NCBI GenBank assembly: GCA_963798845.1
Contig: CAWCUS010000006.1
Span: 544,001 to 608,000 of the forward strand
DNA from: an uncultured Gemmatimonadales bacterium
GTDB lineage: Bacteria > Gemmatimonadota > Gemmatimonadetes > Longimicrobiales > RSA9
DNA length: 64,000 nucleotides
Reading direction: 5' to 3'
Shown here: piece by piece, positions 30,553-39,950 of the stretch
Position numbering within the stretch: the stretch's first letter is position 1
Layout of the letters: each line of letters opens with the position of its first letter
Position numbers and translations under genes: made by a program
Notes under the pieces: generated by a model
Told to the model about the DNA's origin: nothing
The model's input: the letters and a program-made list of their open reading frames with translations, nothing else
Database searches by the model: none

Positions 30553-32186
30553 CGCAGCGACCAGGCGAAGTAGATGCGCAGCGCGCGGTACTCGTAGTCC
30601 GACTCGGGCGCGGGCGAGACGCGGTGGACTCCCGAGTTGGCGACGATCCCGGAAACGCCGACCTCCCGGCCGGGGCCGAAGCGGATCCCGGTGCCGGCCA
30701 CCGCGCGCAGGGCCGCGTTCTGCACGGTGCTGGTCCGGTAGTCGATGGCCTGGTAGCCGGGGGCCAGCTCGACGTGGGCGAAGAGGCGGCCGCCGTCCAG
30801 CGACAGCCGGACGGGCGCCGCCACGACACCGTAGGCGCCCGGGTCCCAGTAGCCCGAGCTCACGTCCTCGGCGAAGCCGAAGGCGCGGGCGTCGAGGCCG
30901 ACCGTGAGGGCCTTCGTGGCCCGGTAGTCGAGGCGCGCGGACGCGAGCCAGCGGTCGTTCGAGTCGGCCGCGTCGAAGCGGGCATAGCCGCCGCGCAGGC
31001 CGATCCGGAGCCGCTGCGCGAAGGTGCGCGCCACCACGTCCAGCGCCACCTCGTCGACCGTCACGTTGTTCTCGGCGAGCAGCGCCGTGTAGTCGAAAGC
31101 GCTGCGGCTGCCCGTGAGCGACGCGGCCACCGGGAGGTCGCCCGGCGTCGAGACGCCCGCGCGCCAGAGCGCGATCGGCGCCTGGCCGGCGTCGACGCCG
31201 TCGCGCACGCCCCCGCCCCCGGTCACGGTCCAGCCGCGGCCGAGCCCGAGCGACAGCGCCAGCTCGGCGCTGCGCGTGGAGCGCCGGCCCGCGACGTCGG
31301 GACCGTCGAAGTCGCGCGTGTCGGCGCTCAGGCTGAGCCCCACGGCCCCGGCGGCCAGCCAGCTCCCGGTGACCCGGAACGTCCCGGCGCGGTTGCCGTC
31401 GGAGTCGCTCTCGTACAGGTAGTCGGGGACCAGGCGGGGACCGGCGGCTGCGTCCAGCCAGCGCCGCTGCTTCTGCACGTCACGGTTCCCGGGGGCCACG
31501 GCCTCCGCGCGCTCCAGCACGTCGAGCGCCGCGCCCGTGCGGCCCTGCCAGCGCAGGTTGGTGGCCAGCCCGACCAGGGCGTCCACGTCCTGCGGCTCGG
31601 CGGAGAGGACGTCGCGCCAGCGGCGCTCGCTCTCGCGCAGCCGGCCGCTCCACGCCGCAACCCTCGCCAGCCCCTTGCGCGCTTCCAGGTTGTCCGGGTC
31701 CAGCGCCAGGACGTCACCGTACGCGCTCACGGCCTCGGCGTAGCGCCCCGCCCAGGAGCTGAAGCGCGCGACGGCGTCCAGCGCCCTCGTGTCGCCCGGG
31801 TGGGCGTCGAGCACCTGGCCAGCCGCCTCGATGGCCGCGTCGTTCCGGCCTGCCCAGCCCAGGACGTTGGCGCGGTCGAGGCGCGCGTCCACGTTGCCGG
31901 GCGACAGGCGGAGCAGCCGGTCGAAGAGCGCCAGGCTCTCGTCGAACCGGTCGTTCCACGCCTTCGCCAGCGCGACCCGGTGCAGCGCGCGCAGGTCCGT
32001 GGAGTCCTGCGCGAGCCGCTGCTCGTACAGGCGCGCCGCCGCGTCCACGTCGCCGCGCACCCACGCGGCGTCGGCGGGGTCCGCCGCCTGGGCGGCCAGC
32101 GGCGGGGCCGCAGCCAGGAGACACAGGGCCAGGGCTATCTGCTTCACGCTTCCCGCTCCTCGACGGTGGTACCGACGCGTGCTCAT
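30549..32186 (-). CDS. TPR-repeat + C-terminal beta-barrel outer membrane protein (PgaA/BcsC/YaiO-like exporter)
   Basis: signal peptide, repeated TPR units (LARVAAWSGR, LATNLRWQGR), YESDSDG barrel start, alternating beta strands, C-terminus LRIYFAWSLR. Confidence 0.75.
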   Translation of the reverse strand: MSTRRYHRRGAGSVKQIALALCLLAAAPPLAAQAADPADAAWVRGDVDAAARLYEQRLAQDSTDLRALHRVALAKAWNDRFDESLALFDRLLRLSPGNVDARLDRANVLGWAGRNDAAIEAAGQVLDAHPGDTRALDAVARFSSWAGRYAEAVSAYGDVLALDPDNLEARKGLARVAAWSGRLRESERRWRDVLSAEPQDVDALVGLATNLRWQGRTGAALDVLERAEAVAPGNRDVQKQRRWLDAAAGPRLVPDYLYESDSDGNRAGTFRVTGSWLAAGAVGLSLSADTRDFDGPDVAGRRSTRSAELALSLGLGRGWTVTGGGGVRDGVDAGQAPIALWRAGVSTPGDLPVAASLTGSRSAFDYTALLAENNVTVDEVALDVVARTFAQRLRIGLRGGYARFDAADSNDRWLASARLDYRATKALTVGLDARAFGFAEDVSSGYWDPGAYGVVAAPVRLSLDGGRLFAHVELAPGYQAIDYRTSTVQNAALRAVAGTGIRFGPGREVGVSGIVANSGVHRVSPAPESDYEYRALRIYFAWSLR

Positions 32187-33805
32187 GCCGACCTCCCGGC
32201 CGTGACGAGCGGCTCCCCCGCGCGCTCTTCGCTCTCCTCGCGCTCCTGCCGTTCTCCGCGCTCCTGCCGTTCCTCGCGCACTCCTCCGGGTTCCTCGCTC
32301 GCCTGGCGCACCCCTCCGCGTTCCTCGCGCACCGCTTCGCGTTCCTCGCGCACCGCTCCGCGTTCCTCGCGCACCGCTTCGCGTTCCTCGGGACGCTCGT
32401 GGATGACGCCGTGGCGCTCCTTGCTGCCCCATTCCTGGCTGCCGAGGATCGCTGACACGACGCCGCGGAACCGCCACCAGGTCAGGAGCTGGCGGAAGCC
32501 GAAGCTCTCGATCACGGACAGGGCCAGCATGCGGGAGAAGTCCGACGGGTGCTGGTAGCGGCGGAACACCAGCTCCTCCAGGGCGACCGCCGCCACGGAG
32601 AGCAGGACGCCGAACACCACCGCCACGATCAGGAACGCGGCCACGTACGTGGGGGAGGCCCAGCCGATGATGATGGCCGTGAGGAACGCGACGTAGCCCA
32701 CGATCTCCACCACCGGGCCGAAGCCTTCCATGAACCAGAAGTAGGGGAACGCGAGCATGCCGATCCGTCCGTACTTCGGCCGGAACAGCATCGTGCGGTG
32801 CTTCGACAGGCTCTGGATCAGCCCCCGCTGCCAGCGGTCGCGCTGCCGGCCCAGGTCGCCCAGCCGCTCCGGCACCTCCGTCCAGGCCACGGGGTCGGGG
32901 ACGAACGCCACCTCGTACGGCTCGCCCGCTTCGCGGAAGCGCCGGTGCAGCCGGAGGGTGAGCTCCATGTCCTCGCCCACCGTGTCGCTGGCGTAGCCGC
33001 CCGCCTCGACCACCGCGGAGCGCCGGAACATGCCGAACGCGCCGGAAACGATGAGCATGACGTTCAGGCTGGACCAGCCCATGCGCCCGGCGAGGAACGC
33101 GCGCAGGTACTCGACCACCTGGAGCTGCGGCAGGAGGCGGCGGGGAAGCCGGATGTCCACCACCTGGCCGTTCTCGAAGCGCGAGCCGTTGGCCACGCGC
33201 ACGATGCCGCCGGCCGCGATCGTGTGGGCGTTTTCCAGGAACGGCCGGATCAGGCGGAGGAGCGCGTCGCGCTCGAGGGCGCTGTCCGCGTCGAGCGAGC
33301 AGAAGAAGGGGGCCTGGCAGTGGTCCAGCGCCACGTTGAGGGCGTCGGCCTTGCCGCCGTTCTCCTTGTCGATGACCCAGAGGAAGGGGTGGGCGCGGCT
33401 GCGGTACAGCCCGCGGACCTCGCCCCGGCCCAGTTCGGCTGTGCGCGCGCGCGTGGACGGCCGCAGGTCGAACGCGCGCTTCAGGATGTCGAGCGTGCGG
33501 TCGGTGGAGCCGTCGTTGATGACGATGACCTCGTACTCCGGGTAGTGCAGGTCGAGGAGCGAGCGCACCGAGTCCTCGATCCCCACAGCCTCGTTGTACG
33601 CCGGCACCATGAGCGCCACGGGCGGCGTGCCGCCCCCGCGCATGATCTCCTCGGTGTCCAGCGAGTTGAGGCGCCGGGCGTAGCGGCGGAGGGCCCGGAA
33701 GGAGGTGACGCTGGTGACCAGGTAGTAGCCGTTCAGGATCAGGAAATACCCGAAGACGACGACGTTCAGGAGGATCAGCGTCAGGAGCAGGATCTGGGAG
33801 AGCAT
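32183..33805 (-). CDS. processive GT2 synthase (PgaC/IcaA-like)
   Basis: VPAYNE, NDGSTD, NGGKADALN, LDADS, QVVEY, SGAFGMFR, GED, QRDRW, C-terminal TMs; acidic repeat tail. Confidence 0.9.
   Translation of the reverse strand: MLSQILLLTLILLNVVVFGYFLILNGYYLVTSVTSFRALRRYARRLNSLDTEEIMRGGGTPPVALMVPAYNEAVGIEDSVRSLLDLHYPEYEVIVINDGSTDRTLDILKRAFDLRPSTRARTAELGRGEVRGLYRSRAHPFLWVIDKENGGKADALNVALDHCQAPFFCSLDADSALERDALLRLIRPFLENAHTIAAGGIVRVANGSRFENGQVVDIRLPRRLLPQLQVVEYLRAFLAGRMGWSSLNVMLIVSGAFGMFRRSAVVEAGGYASDTVGEDMELTLRLHRRFREAGEPYEVAFVPDPVAWTEVPERLGDLGRQRDRWQRGLIQSLSKHRTMLFRPKYGRIGMLAFPYFWFMEGFGPVVEIVGYVAFLTAIIIGWASPTYVAAFLIVAVVFGVLLSVAAVALEELVFRRYQHPSDFSRMLALSVIESFGFRQLLTWWRFRGVVSAILGSQEWGSKERHGVIHERPEEREAVREERGAVREEREAVREERGGVRQASEEPGGVREERQERGERQEREESEERAGEPLVTAGRSA
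32235..32390. repeat. 21-nt tandem repeat encoding the (EER-E/G-AVR)n tail of the GT2
   Basis: unit GCGTTCCTCGCGCACCGCTTC on the + strand, several copies plus degenerate ones. Confidence 0.85.
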
Positions 33806-33806
33806 G

Positions 33807-34964
33807 TCAGGCCTCCTCGCGCAGGACCTGGAGGGCGAGGCCGGCGGGCGCCAGCGCGTCGGCCGAGTCCAGCACGCGCTCCAGGACGGCCGAGCGGCCC
33901 CGGGACTTCAGCCCGCGTGCCGCGTGCAGCGCGACCCACGGGGAGGGATCCCGCAGCGCCTTCTCCAGCGCTTCCATGTCCGCCTCCTGTCCGAGCCTGG
34001 CCAGCGTCCCGATCGCCTGCGCCCGGACCACCGGGTCCCGGTGCGTGCAGAGCGGCCTCACCGCCTCCGCGTGCTCGGGTCCGCCGCACCGCCTGAGCAG
34101 GCGGAGCGCGGCGGCGCGCAGGTCCACGTCCTCTTCCGTCCAGAGCGTCAGCTCCGCGGTCTCGCACGCGCCCCGGTCCTCCAGCTCGGCCAGCGCGTCC
34201 AGGCACACGGAGCGGACGTTGGCCGCGACGGTCCGGTCCCGGACCAGGTCCCGCAGGGCCGGGATCGCGCTCGGGCCGAGCTGCACCAGCGTCGCCCGCA
34301 GGAAGCGGCGGTTCCAGTCGCCGAACCGGCCGATCCGGCTCACGATCTCGCGCACGCTGTTCGCCCCGGCCGACCGGGCCAGGCCGCGGGCCGCGCTCAT
34401 CGCGACGAGCGGCGATGGATCGTCCAGCGCCGCCACCAGCAGCTGCTCGTGCGCCTTTCCGCCCAGCTCCGCCAGCGTCTTCACGCCCCTCGCCCTGCGC
34501 TCGGGGTCGCCGCCGCGGGTCCGCGAGGCGATCAGGGGCAGGTACGGCGTGGCCAGACGCGAGAGCACGCTGCGCTTCGCCGGGTCGTCCGTTCGCAGCG
34601 CTTCCTTGTAGAGGAAATCGACGAAGAGGAGCTCTTCACCGGGCGCGATGGACGCTTTCACGGCCCCGCTGTCCGCGGAGCCGTCATAGACGGAGTCGAG
34701 CAGGAATCCCCACGTCTGCTCCAGCTTCTTCCAGCGCTCGGCCTTCCGTCCGTTGCGCCGCCGCAGGAGCAGCGCCGCGACGAGGAACGCCACCAGCGTG
34801 AGGAGCAGGAGGACGATGGTGATCTCCATCGCCAGCATCGGCCAGGAGGGCTGCAACGTCCTCCAGACCGGGGTCCCCCCCTGGATGGCGGCCATACCGA
34901 CGACCGCCCTGCCCGCCGGGAGCGGGGCCGTTTCGCTTCTTCGCGTTGTATGCGGCACGTTCAT
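33807..34964 (-). CDS. membrane-anchored HEAT-repeat protein
   Basis: one N-terminal TM; repeated L-x-D-P-S-P-x-V-x-x-x-AARGL and DPVVRAQAIGTL units; ends 2 nt before the GT2 ATG. Confidence 0.85.
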   Translation of the reverse strand: MNVPHTTRRSETAPLPAGRAVVGMAAIQGGTPVWRTLQPSWPMLAMEITIVLLLLTLVAFLVAALLLRRRNGRKAERWKKLEQTWGFLLDSVYDGSADSGAVKASIAPGEELLFVDFLYKEALRTDDPAKRSVLSRLATPYLPLIASRTRGGDPERRARGVKTLAELGGKAHEQLLVAALDDPSPLVAMSAARGLARSAGANSVREIVSRIGRFGDWNRRFLRATLVQLGPSAIPALRDLVRDRTVAANVRSVCLDALAELEDRGACETAELTLWTEEDVDLRAAALRLLRRCGGPEHAEAVRPLCTHRDPVVRAQAIGTLARLGQEADMEALEKALRDPSPWVALHAARGLKSRGRSAVLERVLDSADALAPAGLALQVLREEA

Positions 34965-35097
34965 CCTGTTCCGAGACTTTCGTCAGATCCGCGCGACGTC
35001 CGGAGAGACCGGACCGGGCGGTCGACCCGCGCGAGCGCGGCGCGGGCGCCTGGCCGGCGGGTGGGGGAGAGCCGACCGGGCGTCACGCGGGCAACGG

Positions 35098-35113
35098 GGC
35101 AACCCACGTGCCT
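35098..35113 (-). promoter_or_regulatory. sigma54 -24/-12 promoter of the HEAT-GT2 operon
   Basis: AGGCACGTGGGTTGCC (GG-N10-GC; near consensus TGGCAC-N5-TTGC). Confidence 0.65.
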
Positions 35114-35132
35114 CCCATGGTCCCGGATTTCG

Positions 35133-35263
35133 AAGTGCATCCGGCACTTTGACTTCGGGGGATTTCCGGAGACGCGTTCGCGGGCCCCGGAGGCGAAATT
35201 TGTAGCGGAGTGGCACAGCTCCGGGTCCGGTCCGGCACAGCGCCGGGTCCCGGTCCGGCACAG
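35133..35263. promoter_or_regulatory. candidate activator/enhancer sites
   Basis: palindrome AAGTGC-N5-GCACTT (35133-35149) and three GGCACAG direct repeats at 35212, 35234 and 35257. Confidence 0.4.
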
Positions 35264-35322
35264 TGCAGCCTCGCGCGATCCTGGAGCGGCTGGCGGGCGC
35301 CCGAGCGCGCCCGGCGCCGGAG

Positions 35323-37833
35323 TCAGAGCCGGAGCAGGTAGCTGACCTTGAGGAACAGCCCTTCGGTGGCGGGCTCGAGAGCGCCGGGTCGATACGTGTT
35401 CGGCCCGACGCGGCTGCGGCTCCAGCCGGCGTAGACCACGGTGCCGGGCGAGGGCTCGTAGCCGAGGAGGAGGTCGTACTGGAGCTCGCCCCGGTCCTCG
35501 GGGGTGCTCACCTCGCGCCCGACCCGGAGCGCCAGGCCGTCCGACCAGCGCAGCGCGTCGCGCTCCTCGAGGTTGTACTGGACGATGGCGCGCGTGAAGA
35601 GCGCGCGCGTCAGCTGGTAGCGGAGCTTGGCGCGCGGGATCTGGGCGACGCTGAACAGCCCGCCGGCGGCGCGGTGGATGCGGGCGTAGGTGAAGGAGAG
35701 GTCGGCGGTGAGGCCGCTGCGGAAGCTCAGCTGCGCGCTGGGCTCGAAGCCCAGCTCCACGCCCCGCGACGCCTCGGCGTAGATGGGGACGTCGCCGTAC
35801 GAGACGTCGAAATGGAGCGCCAGCCACGGCGCGGGCTGGGAGCGCCCGAACGCGTGGACGCGCAGCAGGGTCAGCGGAGCGCCGATCTCCATGGGGACGT
35901 AGCCGCCGTCCCCCACGGGACGCTCGTAGCCGGCGTAGTCCGCGGGGTCGAAGGAGAAATAGCCGTAGGAGACCGTGCCCTGGCCGCCGTTGGCGCCGCG
36001 CAGGCTGATGTCCAGCCCCGCTTCCACGCTCGCCTCGTCGTAGCGCCGCCCCGCCCACAGGTCCTGGTGGTCGAAATAGGCGTCCGCCTCGAGCTGCGGG
36101 CTCCAGTCCTCCAGGAACGCGCCCGCCTCGTTGTGGAACGTGTACTGCGCCTCCGCCGCCAGGTGCGCGTCGCCGACCCTGGGGATGAACCCGCTGCGCG
36201 CCCGGAACTCCGGGTCCACGTCGTCCACCGACGCGTTCCACGAAAGGCCCCGGCCGCTGCGCGCGAGCTGCGCGTACAGGAGCGGCCCGAACAGGTCGCG
36301 GGCGCTGCCGTCGTCGCTCCGCTCGCGCGACCAGGCGCCCGCAAGCTGCCCGGTGAGCGTGTAGCGCCCGGCCAGGATCAGGCGCGTGTCGACCGACGCG
36401 ACGCGGTTGTACTCCTGCCCGCCGAGCATCGTGCGGTCGGTGTAGAGCGCGCCCACGTTGGACCCGGAGCCCACGTCGCGCTGCACGCGCACCAGGTTGA
36501 AGAGGGCGTCGTCGGACCCGCCGCCGAACGTCACCGGGCTCCGGTCCACGGCCCCCAGGTAGCCCACCTTGAAAGCGCCCGTCTTGCCGGTCAGCTTCGC
36601 GCCCCCGATCGGGTCCACGATGGCGCGCGTGTACACCAGCTGCCGCGGCGTCGTGAAGACTTCCGTCCCGTCCAGGAAGAACGGGCGCTTCTCGGGGAAG
36701 TACAGCGCGAAACGCTCGTTCACCGCCACCTGGTCCGCGTCCGCCTCCACCTGCGAGAAGTCGGGGTTGACCGTGGCGTCGAGGACCAGGTTGCTCGCCA
36801 GCCCCAGGCGCGCGTTCACTCCCAGCTCCGGCGAGAACGGCTCCCGCTCGAACGCGCCGCTCTCCACCCGCTCCCCGGTCCGCTTCCCCGTGGCCACCGG
36901 GTTCACTTCCATCAGCCGACGCGGGTGCAGCCCCGTCAGCCCGACCAGCGCGCCGTTCAGCTCCAGCTGGTTCGCCGCGTTCTGCGTGAGCGGGGCCCAG
37001 GACGACTCGTACTCCGTCCGGCGGATGTAGCGCGCCACGTTGATCCCCCAGCTCTGCTCCGGGAGATCGCGGAAGCGGAGCCCCACGTACGGGATCCGGA
37101 CCTCCGCCACCCAGCCGTCCTCCGTCACGTGACCGCTCGACTCCCACAGGAAGTCGGGGTTGAAGTCGATCGGCGGCCCGAAGTGCTGCTCCGCACCCTC
37201 CACCCACAGCCCGTCCGCCTGGATCCCGAGCGGGTTCACGTAGAAGACGTACGCCTGCGTGGCGTCGTGGAACGTGTCCAGGATGATCCGGACCCAGTCG
37301 TCCGACTCCACCCCGCCGTCCCGGTCGGTCAGCGACGCCCGCACCGCCGACGGCGTCGCGTCCCGGGCGTGGATGCCGAAGTAGATCGCCTCCGACGTGT
37401 ACAGCACCCGCACTTCCGTCGGCTGCGTCGCCGGGATCCCCTCCACCGGCTGGTACTGCGTGAACCCCGAGAGGCGCGCCGCTTCCTTCCACGCCGGCTC
37501 GTCCAGCCGACCATCCACCCGGATCCCCGCCTCCGCCAGGCGAGGCGCCCGCACCCGCAGCGCGCCCTGGTCTCCCCGGTACTCCAGCGAGTCCGGCGGC
37601 ACCTGCGGCGCCGTCGCCACGCCCGAACCGTCCTCCTGCCCCCGCGCCGCGACCGCGTCGGCCTCCGCGAGGGCTCGGTCGGCCTCCGCGAGGGCTCCGT
37701 CGGCTTCCGCGAGAGCTCCGCCGCGCTCCGCGAGGGCTCGGTCGGCCTCCGCGAGGGCTCGGTCGCCCCCCGCGAGGGCTCCGCCGCCCGCCGTCGGAAC
37801 CGATATCGCCAGCGCCATCAGCAGCTGCAACAT
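35323..37833 (-). CDS. CBM9-like + DUF5916-type outer membrane protein
   Basis: IRVDGRLDEPAW, FYVNPLGIQAD, GWVAEVRIP, LDATVNPDFSQVEAD, FPEKRPFF, C-terminus LFLKVSYLLRL. Confidence 0.85.
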   Translation of the reverse strand: MLQLLMALAISVPTAGGGALAGGDRALAEADRALAERGGALAEADGALAEADRALAEADAVAARGQEDGSGVATAPQVPPDSLEYRGDQGALRVRAPRLAEAGIRVDGRLDEPAWKEAARLSGFTQYQPVEGIPATQPTEVRVLYTSEAIYFGIHARDATPSAVRASLTDRDGGVESDDWVRIILDTFHDATQAYVFYVNPLGIQADGLWVEGAEQHFGPPIDFNPDFLWESSGHVTEDGWVAEVRIPYVGLRFRDLPEQSWGINVARYIRRTEYESSWAPLTQNAANQLELNGALVGLTGLHPRRLMEVNPVATGKRTGERVESGAFEREPFSPELGVNARLGLASNLVLDATVNPDFSQVEADADQVAVNERFALYFPEKRPFFLDGTEVFTTPRQLVYTRAIVDPIGGAKLTGKTGAFKVGYLGAVDRSPVTFGGGSDDALFNLVRVQRDVGSGSNVGALYTDRTMLGGQEYNRVASVDTRLILAGRYTLTGQLAGAWSRERSDDGSARDLFGPLLYAQLARSGRGLSWNASVDDVDPEFRARSGFIPRVGDAHLAAEAQYTFHNEAGAFLEDWSPQLEADAYFDHQDLWAGRRYDEASVEAGLDISLRGANGGQGTVSYGYFSFDPADYAGYERPVGDGGYVPMEIGAPLTLLRVHAFGRSQPAPWLALHFDVSYGDVPIYAEASRGVELGFEPSAQLSFRSGLTADLSFTYARIHRAAGGLFSVAQIPRAKLRYQLTRALFTRAIVQYNLEERDALRWSDGLALRVGREVSTPEDRGELQYDLLLGYEPSPGTVVYAGWSRSRVGPNTYRPGALEPATEGLFLKVSYLLRL
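37657..37782. repeat. six 21-nt tandem units in the DUF5916 gene 5' region (ALAEADR-type)
   Basis: unit GTCGGCCTCCGCGAGGGCTCG. Confidence 0.85.
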
Positions 37834-37929
37834 GCCTGGAACTCCCCCTGTGGCCGTGTGCCGGGGCCCTATGTTACCCGACGCCGGAGCCCCGCGCTAC
37901 GCTGCCGTGGCCACCCGCGTCGCCGGCCC

Positions 37930-37980
37930 TTGACCCTGTGACAGGCAGGGCCTAGCTTATCGATAACGATTCTTACTAAG
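37930..37980 (+). promoter_or_regulatory. ferritin promoter with a Fur-like box
   Basis: TTGACC-N17-TAGCTT followed by AT-rich GATAACGATTCTTACTAAG (12/19 match to GATAATGATAATCATTATC). Confidence 0.5.
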
Positions 37981-37994
37981 AAACCGGAGCGAGC

Positions 37995-38489
37995 ATGGAC
38001 AGCAAGGTGAAGCAGCTCATCAACGACCAGGTGGCCCACGAGTTCTACGCCGCCTACCTGTACCTCTCGATGGCCGCGCATTTCGAGGCGCAGAACTACG
38101 AGGGGTTCGCGAGCTGGATGCGGCTGCAGGCGAAGGAGGAGACGGGGCACGCGATGCGCCTGTTCGACTTCCTGGTGGAGCGCGGGGAGGCGGTGTCGCT
38201 GAAGCAGATCGACGAGCCGCCGCGGGATTTCGGGACGCCGCACGAGGCGTTCGAGGCGGCGCTGGAGCACGAGCGGAAGGTGACGGCGCTGATCGGCAAG
38301 ATCTACGAGGCGGCGCAGTCGGCCAGCGACTATCCGACCCAGGTGATGCTCCAGTGGTTCATCAAGGAGCAGGTGGAGGAGGAGAACAGCACGGGCCGTG
38401 CGGTGGACCAGCTGGCGATGGCGGAGGGGAACAAGGCGGCGCTGCTGATGCTGGATTCGAAGTTCGGCAGCCGGACCGCGGCGGGGTGA
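37995..38489 (+). CDS. ftnA: non-heme ferritin
   Basis: QVAHEFYAAYLYLSMAAHF, EETGHA, EHERKVT, LQWFIKEQVEEE. Confidence 0.95.
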   Translation: MDSKVKQLINDQVAHEFYAAYLYLSMAAHFEAQNYEGFASWMRLQAKEETGHAMRLFDFLVERGEAVSLKQIDEPPRDFGTPHEAFEAALEHERKVTALIGKIYEAAQSASDYPTQVMLQWFIKEQVEEENSTGRAVDQLAMAEGNKAALLMLDSKFGSRTAAG

Positions 38490-38514
38490 GCGGACGAGAG
38501 GCGGGGCTGCCGGC

Positions 38515-39465
38515 GTGACCGGCGTGACCGGGGTGGCCGGGGTGACCGGGGTGCCCGGGGTGCCCGGCGGCGGGATGGGCAGCGAGGCGCCAGGTGGTGG
38601 CGGGGCCGGGGACGGGGTCGGGGGCGGGGGCGGCGGTGGGGGCGGCGGCGAGGCCGGGTCGCAGGGCCGGCAGGGATGGATCCGGGTGCCGCGCACGGCA
38701 AGGTACCGCGTGCTGGGTGACCCGGAGCGCGCGGCCGAGGTCTGGTTCGTCCTGCACGGGTACGGTCAGCTGGCCGAGCGGTTCGTCGCCCGCTTCCAGG
38801 CGCTGCCCGGTCTGGCGGAAGGGACGCGGGCGGTGGTGGCGCCCGAAGCGCTCTCCCGGTTCTACCTGGATGTCGGTGGGGGCGAGCACGGTGCCGACTC
38901 CCCGGTCGGCGCGACGTGGATGACGCGCGAGGACCGGGAGCACGAGATCCGTGACTACGTGGAGTACCTCGACCGCCTCGCGGACGAGCTGCTCGGCGGC
39001 ACCGGCGTCCCACCGGCCGAGGCGCCCGGCGAGGCCTCGGGGAAGGCGCGGGGCGAGACCTCGGCGGAGGCGCCCGGCGAGGCGCGGGAGGAGGCCTCGG
39101 GCGAGGCGCGGGAGGAGGCCTCGGGCGAGGCGCGGGGCGAGCGGCCACCACGAGTGCGCGTTCTCGGCTTCTCCCAGGGCGCCGCGACCGCATCTCGCTG
39201 GGTCGTGTACGGCCGCCTCCGCCCCGCGGAGCTCATCCTCTGGGCCGGCGGGCTGGCCCACGACCTGGACGGGAGGGCGGCGTTCGAAGCCCTCCGACAC
39301 GTTGCCGTCCGCTTCGTCACCGGGAGCGAGGATGGATGGGCGGCCGAGCGCGCGCGCCGCGATCTGGCGTGGCTGGCCGAGCGGAACCTGGCCGGGAAGG
39401 AGGTCTCCTACCAGGGCGGCCACCGCGTCCTGCCGGGTGTGCTGGAGGCGCACTGGCCCGTGTAG
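38515..39465 (+). CDS. alpha/beta hydrolase (phospholipase/carboxylesterase); start uncertain (38515 or 38575)
   Basis: VLHGYGQ, APEALSRFY, GFSQG, GSED, GGH; 9-nt repeats at the 5' end and a 24-nt repeat insertion at about 39019-39140. Confidence 0.85.
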   Translation: MTGVTGVAGVTGVPGVPGGGMGSEAPGGGGAGDGVGGGGGGGGGGEAGSQGRQGWIRVPRTARYRVLGDPERAAEVWFVLHGYGQLAERFVARFQALPGLAEGTRAVVAPEALSRFYLDVGGGEHGADSPVGATWMTREDREHEIRDYVEYLDRLADELLGGTGVPPAEAPGEASGKARGETSAEAPGEAREEASGEAREEASGEARGERPPRVRVLGFSQGAATASRWVVYGRLRPAELILWAGGLAHDLDGRAAFEALRHVAVRFVTGSEDGWAAERARRDLAWLAERNLAGKEVSYQGGHRVLPGVLEAHWPV

Positions 39466-39512
39466 CAGCCATCACGCACGGAGTGCGCGCGGCCCGGCGT
39501 GGCGACGGCCGG

Positions 39513-39790
39513 CCGGGAAGTGGGCGCTGCCCGGGGAGTGGGCGCCGCCCGGGGAGTGGGCGCTGCCCGGGGAGTGGGCGCTGCCCGGGGAGTGGGCGCC
39601 GCCCGGGGAGTGACGCCGTGCGGGAAGTGGGCGCCGCCCGGGGAGTGGGCTCCGCCCGGGAAGTGGGCGCCCGGGGAGTGGGCGCTGCCCGGGGAGTGGC
39701 GCCGTGCGGGGAGTGACCGCCGCCCGGCGGAAGTGCCGGCGGGGGGGAATTGGCGCTGCCCGGGGAGTGGGCGCCGCCCGGGAAGTGACC
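39513..39790. repeat. intergenic 18-nt tandem array, about 14 partly degenerate units
   Basis: unit GGGGAGTGGGCGC(T/C)GCCC. Confidence 0.9.
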
Positions 39791-39950
39791 ATCCGTGGTA
39801 CTGAGGAGAGCGATCGGTCGCGGAGCGGTTTGGTGGACCGCTAAGAGACCATCCGGCGCGGCGCGGCGGGAAGGGCTGGTCGATTTCCGGGGCTGGGGCC
39901 CGGGAATCGACCAACCGCCGTTGCGGAGGGAGACGATCGGTCAATGACCG

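Noticed and set aside
32183..33805. Cellulose synthase BcsA
   Set aside because: No PilZ domain, HAKAG or FFCGS motifs, and no bcsB; motifs fit PgaC/IcaA-like GT2
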